Part shown: positions 56,558-64,000 of the stretch, piece by piece
How the letters are laid out: each line of letters opens with the position of its first letter
Numbering within the stretch: position 1 is the first letter of the stretch
Source of the DNA: Eledone cirrhosa
Taxonomy: Eukaryota
NCBI GenBank assembly: GCA_964016885.1
Contig: OZ024751.1
Coordinates: 18,538,001-18,602,000, forward strand
Reading direction: 5' to 3'
DNA: 64,000 nt
Position numbers and translations under genes: made by a program
Notes under the pieces: model-generated
Seen by the model: the letters and a program-made list of their open reading frames with translations, nothing else
Told to the model about the DNA's origin: nothing
Databases searched by the model: none

Positions 56558-56843
56558 ATGAATTCGAAAATGCAACTGGAGTGTTTTTTTTTTTTAAATA
56601 TATATTTATTTGGTTCCTTTACCGGTTTCGCAGTTCTTCTGCTTTTCAAAAGTAGAATTGAGATGGAGGGTTTGTCGTTTTTTGAAAAGCAGAAGAACTG
56701 CGAAACCGGTAAAGGAATCAAATAAATATATATAAAAAAAAAAAAGACTACAGTTGCATTTTCGATTTCATCTTTTTCCCTTATACTTTCACTCGTGTAG
56801 GACACCTCGGTTTTTTTTCATTTTGTAAAAAAAATTCCCTTTC
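56554..56843 (+). mobile_element. PLE pLTR-like fold-back, family F
   Basis: Arms 56554-56651 / 56680-56775 plus a tail shared with 29468-29540. Confidence 0.75.
56679..56716 (+). ncRNA. Hammerhead ribozyme variant with U3-A8 core
   Basis: TTGAAAA(56682-56688)-GCAG-aagaa-CTGC-GAAA(56702)-CCGG-TA: perfect stem II, palindromic stem III ACCGGT, GUA triplet. Confidence 0.6.
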
Positions 56844-57071
56844 TAATATATATATATATATTTATTAAAATAACAGATTAAAGTTTAAGCAAAGAATTGC
56901 TGCTTTCACCCTTAACGGGATATTCGAGCCCTCTTTAGATTTTAGTCTTCAAATTTATTATTATTACTATATATATAATGATGGCGATGAATATGTTTTG
57001 CAAGATTTTTGATATGAAATCGTGTGTCGAAACAAATATTGTTATATTTGGGAGGGTCATATTGTTGTAAT

Positions 57072-57133
57072 AATATTGCCAGAAATAATAACAGAACAAA
57101 CTCACAGTGAGTGTGTTCTGTTATTATTTCTGG

Positions 57134-57140
<7 letters not shown>
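57072..57140. repeat. Fold-back inverted repeat (~33-bp arms); related fragment at 11686-11750
   Basis: atattgccagaaataataacagaaca.actcac-a-gtgagt.tgttctgttattatttctggcaatat. Confidence 0.75.
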
Positions 57141-57168
<28 letters not shown>

Positions 57169-57494
57169 TATTAATAAAAACGATGAAGTTTCGTTTATAT
57201 CTATCTATATATATATGTATATAGGAATGTATATATGTATGTGAGTGTGTGAAGGGTGTGTGTTTTAAATGAGTAAAGGTTACATAATGTATGATAAGTT
57301 GAGGGGGTGCCTTAAAATAGTCACAAAATAGGAAACAAATGGGAGAGAGGTTTTTTCGAACAAGCCCTCCTCCTTAAATGGAATAACAAACATTTGCAAA
57401 GTTTGACCAAAAGATTTCACCAGCTCTTGCTATGTATGGTCAGAAAAAACAATTAACGATATATATGTATATATATATATATATATATTATGCA

Positions 57495-57546
<52 letters not shown>

Positions 57547-57689
57547 TATATATATATTTTATGTATATATATTGTATGTATGTATATATGTATATATGTC
57601 CGGGAGAGATGACCCCTTCTCCTACATGGATATAAAGTAGTGGCCGTACTCGAAAACGAGTTGGCAGCCACCACCATATATAGGTATAT

Positions 57690-58467
57690 ATATTATATGT
57701 ATATATAGGTATATATATTATATGTATATATATACATGTATATATATTATATGTATATATACATGTGTATATATTATATGTATATATATATGTATATATA
57801 TATTATGTGTATATATATATTATATGTATATATATATGTATATATATTATATTTATATGTATATATATATATGTATATATATTATATGTATATATATATG
57901 TATATATATATGTATATATGTATATATATTATATGTATATATATAATATATGTATATATATGTATATATGTGTATATATATATGTATATATATATATGTA
58001 TATATATTATATGTATATATCCTATGTATATATATTATATGTATATATTATATGTATATATCATATGTATATATAATATATGTATATATATATGTATATA
58101 TAATATATGTATATATATATGTATATATATTATATGTGTATATATATGTATATATATTATATGTGTATATATATGTATATATATTATATGTGTATATATA
58201 TGTATATATATTATATGTGTATATATATGTATATATATTATATATGTGTATATATAGGTATATATATTATATATGTGTATATATAGGTATATATATTATA
58301 TGTGTATATATAGGTATATATATTATATGTGTATATATATGCATATATATATTATATGTGTATATATATGTATATATATATTATATGTATATATCATATG
58401 TATATATATCTACAAATATTATATGTATATATGTATGTATATGTATGTATATATATATGTATATGTA

Positions 58468-58533
<66 letters not shown>

Positions 58534-58600
58534 TGTATGTATGTATGTATGTATGTATGTATGTATATATATATATGTATGTGTGTATATATATATATAG
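57690..58600. repeat. (TA)n-derived block with tattatatgtg units
   Basis: Composition. Confidence 0.9.
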
Positions 58601-58611
58601 AGAGAGAGAGG

Positions 58612-58768
58612 TAATGTTTAACCACGACGGCAGAGCTCAAGCCGTTTCGACGGCTATTTCTGGACGTGTCGGGGTTAAAAATTTACCTTTTACCCACTCT
58701 ACTACCCTAAGTATTGAGTACTCTGGTGCGTTATGGTCCACCTAGTTCCTTACCCCACTTCCTCCGTT
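58612..58768. mobile_element. Family D derivative (antisense arm joined to sense tail)
   Basis: cgacggcagagctcaagccgtttcgacggctatttctggac followed by tgtcgggg...gtattgagtactctggtgcgttatggtccacc. Confidence 0.7.
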
Positions 58769-58775
58769 ATATATG

Positions 58776-58935
<160 letters not shown>

Positions 58936-59008
58936 CTGTACACTACTCAAGAAATAATAGTTATGAGTGCCTTTTTAACAGTGGTCGGCTCTCGAATTAC
59001 GCCAGGAT

Positions 59009-59039
<31 letters not shown>

Positions 59040-59158
59040 AGGTGTAGGGACCCCGACGGCACTAGCTCTTGACGTTTAAGCAGATAACCATACTCTACTA
59101 ACCTAAGTATCGAGTTCTCTGGTGAATGATAGTCTAACCAGTTTCAAACTCAATCCTG

Positions 59159-59218
<60 letters not shown>

Positions 59219-59371
59219 GGGGGGGGACAGTGTATATATGTATATAAATATGTGTATATATATATTTATATATAAAAATGTGTGCGTATATATATATATA
59301 TGTGAACATACATATATGTGTGTGTGTATATATACAATAAAAATGTTTATATATAAATATACACAAATATA

Positions 59372-59403
<32 letters not shown>

Positions 59404-59431
59404 GTTATGTATATATATATGTGATTGTGTG

Positions 59432-59463
<32 letters not shown>

Positions 59464-60709
59464 GGTGACAGTGTATATATGTATATAAATATATATATAT
59501 ATATGTATATATATATTTATAATTTATATACATATATATATTTATATATATAAATGTGTGTGTATATATATATGAACATACATATATATGTGTCTATGTA
59601 TATATACAATAAAAATATATGTTTATATATATATATACACAAATATATATGTGTCTGTGTGTATATAAATAATAAAAATATGTGTGTGTATATATATAGA
59701 TATATTTATGTATATATATATATGTGATTGTGTGTATATATATATATAGATGAACATACATGTATATGTGTGTATAATATATGTTTATATATATCTACAC
59801 ATAAATATCTACACGTTTATATGTGGGTGACTGTGTATATATGGAAAAATATATAAAAGACGCACCCTCCATATTCACACACACACACACATATATATAT
59901 ATACCCTGTACGTTTATTACTCTGTGTATACCCCTTATCGGATATTTAAATGTGCACCCTTTCATTTTTATCTTTATATTTATAGGAAGATGTTTAAGAA
60001 TGGAGATTTTGGCAGGTAAGAATCACAAAATTATATTATCAGGGGGAGGGACTTCTATATATTTGTCTATATATGCAAGTATATATATATATATACATAT
60101 TTATATGTATATATATATATATATACAAGTCATAAACACGCACATTTATGTATATATATTCATACATATATTTATGCATATGTATATATTTAAATCCTTT
60201 ATATGTAGTGTATTTATATTTATGTATTAACGCATGCATTATGTATACATGTAAATAAAAATGTAAATTGGCATATATATATATACGCAACCTGGCCGGA
60301 AATTGGCATAGTGTTTTCAGAAATAAATAATTTAGGAAATATACATACGCATATATATATGCATGTATACATACGTATATGTGTGTAGGTGTATTGAGGG
60401 AGATATATATTATATATGTAAGTGTAAAATAAATTCTTTGGGAAGAGAAATAAATAATTCTTTTTGTTCTTATAAATTTAGGCATTTATTTGCTAGTTTT
60501 TCTCAAATTTTTTTCGTGTTTGTGATAAACAGAAACTCACAGCTTTCCCTCATTCCTCACCGTACACCATGGTAACACAAACATACATGTATATATTGGG
60601 AACACGGGGTAATTGGACCACCCACAATATAACATGCAGGAATTTAGACACAAGCACAGACTTAGAGATACTACAGATACGTATCATATTTATAGATGCA
60701 TACACAGTT

Positions 60710-60844
60710 TTATATATATATATATATATGTACATATATATATATATATATATGTACATATATATATATATATGTACATATATATATATGTACATATATA
60801 TATATGTACATATATATATGTATATATATATACATATATATATG

Positions 60845-60910
<66 letters not shown>

Positions 60911-60918
60911 TATCATTG

Positions 60919-60994
<76 letters not shown>

Positions 60995-61002
60995 TATCAT
61001 TG

Positions 61003-61047
<45 letters not shown>

Positions 61048-61052
61048 CATTG

Positions 61053-61095
<43 letters not shown>

Positions 61096-61100
61096 CATTG

Positions 61101-61145
<45 letters not shown>

Positions 61146-61188
61146 CATTGTATATATATATATATGTATATATACATATATATATATG

Positions 61189-61237
<49 letters not shown>

Positions 61238-61240
61238 GTG

Positions 61241-61283
<43 letters not shown>

Positions 61284-61290
61284 CATTGTA

Positions 61291-61323
<33 letters not shown>

Positions 61324-61431
61324 CATTGTATATATATATATATGTATATATGTATATATGTATATATATATATACATATATATATATGTGTATATATATA
61401 TATATGTATATATATATACATATATATATCT

Positions 61432-61464
<33 letters not shown>

Positions 61465-61468
61465 CATA

Positions 61469-61512
<44 letters not shown>
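60710..61512. repeat. (TA)n block with recurring tcattg interruption
   Basis: tatcattgtata repeated ~7 times at variable spacing. Confidence 0.9.
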
Positions 61513-61513
<1 letters not shown>

Positions 61514-61823
61514 GTGTGTGTATGTATGTATATTTATAAATGCACATATTCACACACATATACATAGCATATATACGGGTTATGTATAATTGAGTTAAAC
61601 ATATGCTCGTATATATATGAGATGTTACTAGTTAAAACCAGTAATATTAATTCTTAATAAAACTTAGTTAATCTTTTACTGCTTAAAATGAGACAAAGAA
61701 ACATGCATGCATATACACACATAACTACAGATATAGATATATAAATATGTGTGCGTGTATATTTTGCAGTGGAGAATGCATACTATAGAATACAAATGCG
61801 TGTGTATGTAATTATATATATAT

Positions 61824-61906
<83 letters not shown>

Positions 61907-62123
61907 AATAAAAACATGCTGCTTCATTCGTCTGCTGCTTCATTTCTTCTGTTTTTTCGTTGATTGTTTCCTTAAAGTTTACCATCATTGCGTTGGTATA
62001 CCTCTATTACGCAATTTACACCTGAAGATGTCGCCGGGCTCTTATGCACCCTGTCCACTATGCATAGTGTTTTCCGAAATAAATAATTGAGAAAATTCAA
62101 CATTTTAGCTCCCCTGTAATTTT

Positions 62124-62169
<46 letters not shown>

Positions 62170-62172
<3 letters not shown>

Positions 62173-62281
62173 ACCAGTAAGACCCCGACAGCTGAGCTCA
62201 AGCCGTTTCGACGGCTAATTCTGGAGTATTGAGTACTTTGGTGCGTTATGGTCCACCTGGTTCCTTACCACATTTCCTTCG

Positions 62282-62283
<2 letters not shown>
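62170..62283. mobile_element. Family D derivative
   Basis: Left arm identical to 54980-55035, fused to a tail identical to 55114-55172. Confidence 0.8.
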
Positions 62284-62320
<37 letters not shown>

Positions 62321-62958
62321 TTATCATTGTCATTATGGATATAATTGGAAGGGCTTTTAGTGGCAGAATTGATAGTGCTTCGAACAATTATCCTTAATCT
62401 CAATCCCGTTGTTTTATGTCCTGAGTTCAAATCACGCATTCGTCATCTTTGACTTTCATACTTCCTAGCTTGATAAAATAAAATAAAATTCCCTCCACTT
62501 ACTACGGTCTTCCCTTCCTCAAAAAATTTCTAACCATGTACATATCTCCATATGTTCCTGTATATATATATGTGTGTGACACTTATCTATCTTTGTGCGT
62601 GCGTGCGTACGTTTGTCTGTATTATAAGAGTGAGATTATATGCATTTTAACTTTTATTTACAACGAGCACAGCACATATATCCATATATCCATCTATCTA
62701 TCTATCTATGCATGTATATATAGAATGCTTCAAGTAAACTACAAATTCCTCCTGTATATATATATATATTTATATATATATATATACACACACACATATA
62801 TGTATATGTATATATGTATATATTTGTAAGTATAAATATATATTTAAACATAAATATATATTTAATGTAGATGCGTATATGTATATATTTGTAAGAATAA
62901 AGATATAAATATATATATATTTATTTATTTATATTTACATACATACGTATATATGCGT

Positions 62959-63021
<63 letters not shown>

Positions 63022-64000
63022 TGTGTGGGGGTGCGCGTATGTATATGTAATTTTATTGTTATATGTACATATATTTCCTCATGCGTTTATGTGTTCCTTT
63101 GTATATGTTCCGTATATATGTGATTATGTATGACACACACACACACACACACACATCTATTGTGAGACACACAGTCACAGTGACGAAATAACACAGTCAT
63201 TCTATCTTCTTATGTATTCACCTACATATGTATAGAGAGACAGATGTTATTCCAGTGTAGTTAGGACAGCGGCAACTGTCTGGGTCCTTTCATCGTTATC
63301 ATCCTCCTCTCAGCATCAGTTTCCTGGGGGGACGGGAGCAGGGGGTCATACGAAACATCGACTCCCCGAATCCCCTTCCCCCATCGACATACACACTATT
63401 CCATTCTGATCTGATCTGAACTCATAATTACTAACAACGTGGCTACTTACATACATGGACGTACGTCTCGTTAGAAATACAGAATCACAAAATCTCCCTC
63501 GAATCACACCCTTTACTGTCTTTAATATAGCGTGATGGTGGTGATGATTGTGGGTTTTTTGTTGTTTAGCCCCAGATCAACCCTCAACGAGATTATCTAT
63601 TATCAAAGGCGTCACAGCCGTGCTCATTCTGCCTTTACCTTATGTGCAGAGGATTGAGGACCACATTATCTAATGTGTCCTTCCTTTTTTTTCTACATAA
63701 TTCTAGGGATGTTTCTTTATATTTTTAGCAGGTGGACTAACTAAGTGTAGGCTTACTCATTTATTCGTTAAAGGATGAAGGTACATGTTGGTATGAGGAA
63801 AGTATATGTTATATCATATATCATAGAATCTAATGGGAAGATCACAGGAAGATTGTTTTTGATCACGGTCTGTTCAATCTTGTCTGACTTGATGCTAAAC
63901 AACAAACATAACCTCTTATTCGAAATCACTAAACATAATTCCTGTTTAATATAAATTATGCTTTTATCTGTTGTTAAAGCGTCGGATAGACCACCTTGAG

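Overview
Very AT-rich animal genomic DNA, almost entirely repeats. The SINE families, RTE LINEs and huge (TA)n tracts point to a cephalopod, probably Octopus; that assignment is my inference from repeat content. No intact host gene is supported, and nearly all long ORFs in the track are microsatellite artefacts. Recognisable content: decayed non-LTR retrotransposon pieces (RTE RT and 3' ends, a CRE-like RLE C-terminus, a Penelope-like element (PLE) C-terminus), tRNA-derived SINEs (CORE-type and Nin/Deu-type), TA-flanked MITEs and many tandem repeats. The main signal is a set of short (TA)n-embedded elements from at least six unrelated families. They form fold-back inverted repeats (arms 30-180 bp) and carry type I hammerhead ribozyme (HHR) motifs, as expected for PLE pseudo-LTRs. 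One family has a compensatory U3-A8 catalytic core, and several share a sub-terminal RCTC...GAGY hairpin. Also present: a 26-unit 51-bp array grown inside one SINE, a ~0.9-kb AT palindrome and a 260-bp duplication 52 kb apart. All coordinates, alignments and folds were read by eye; no search or folding program was run.
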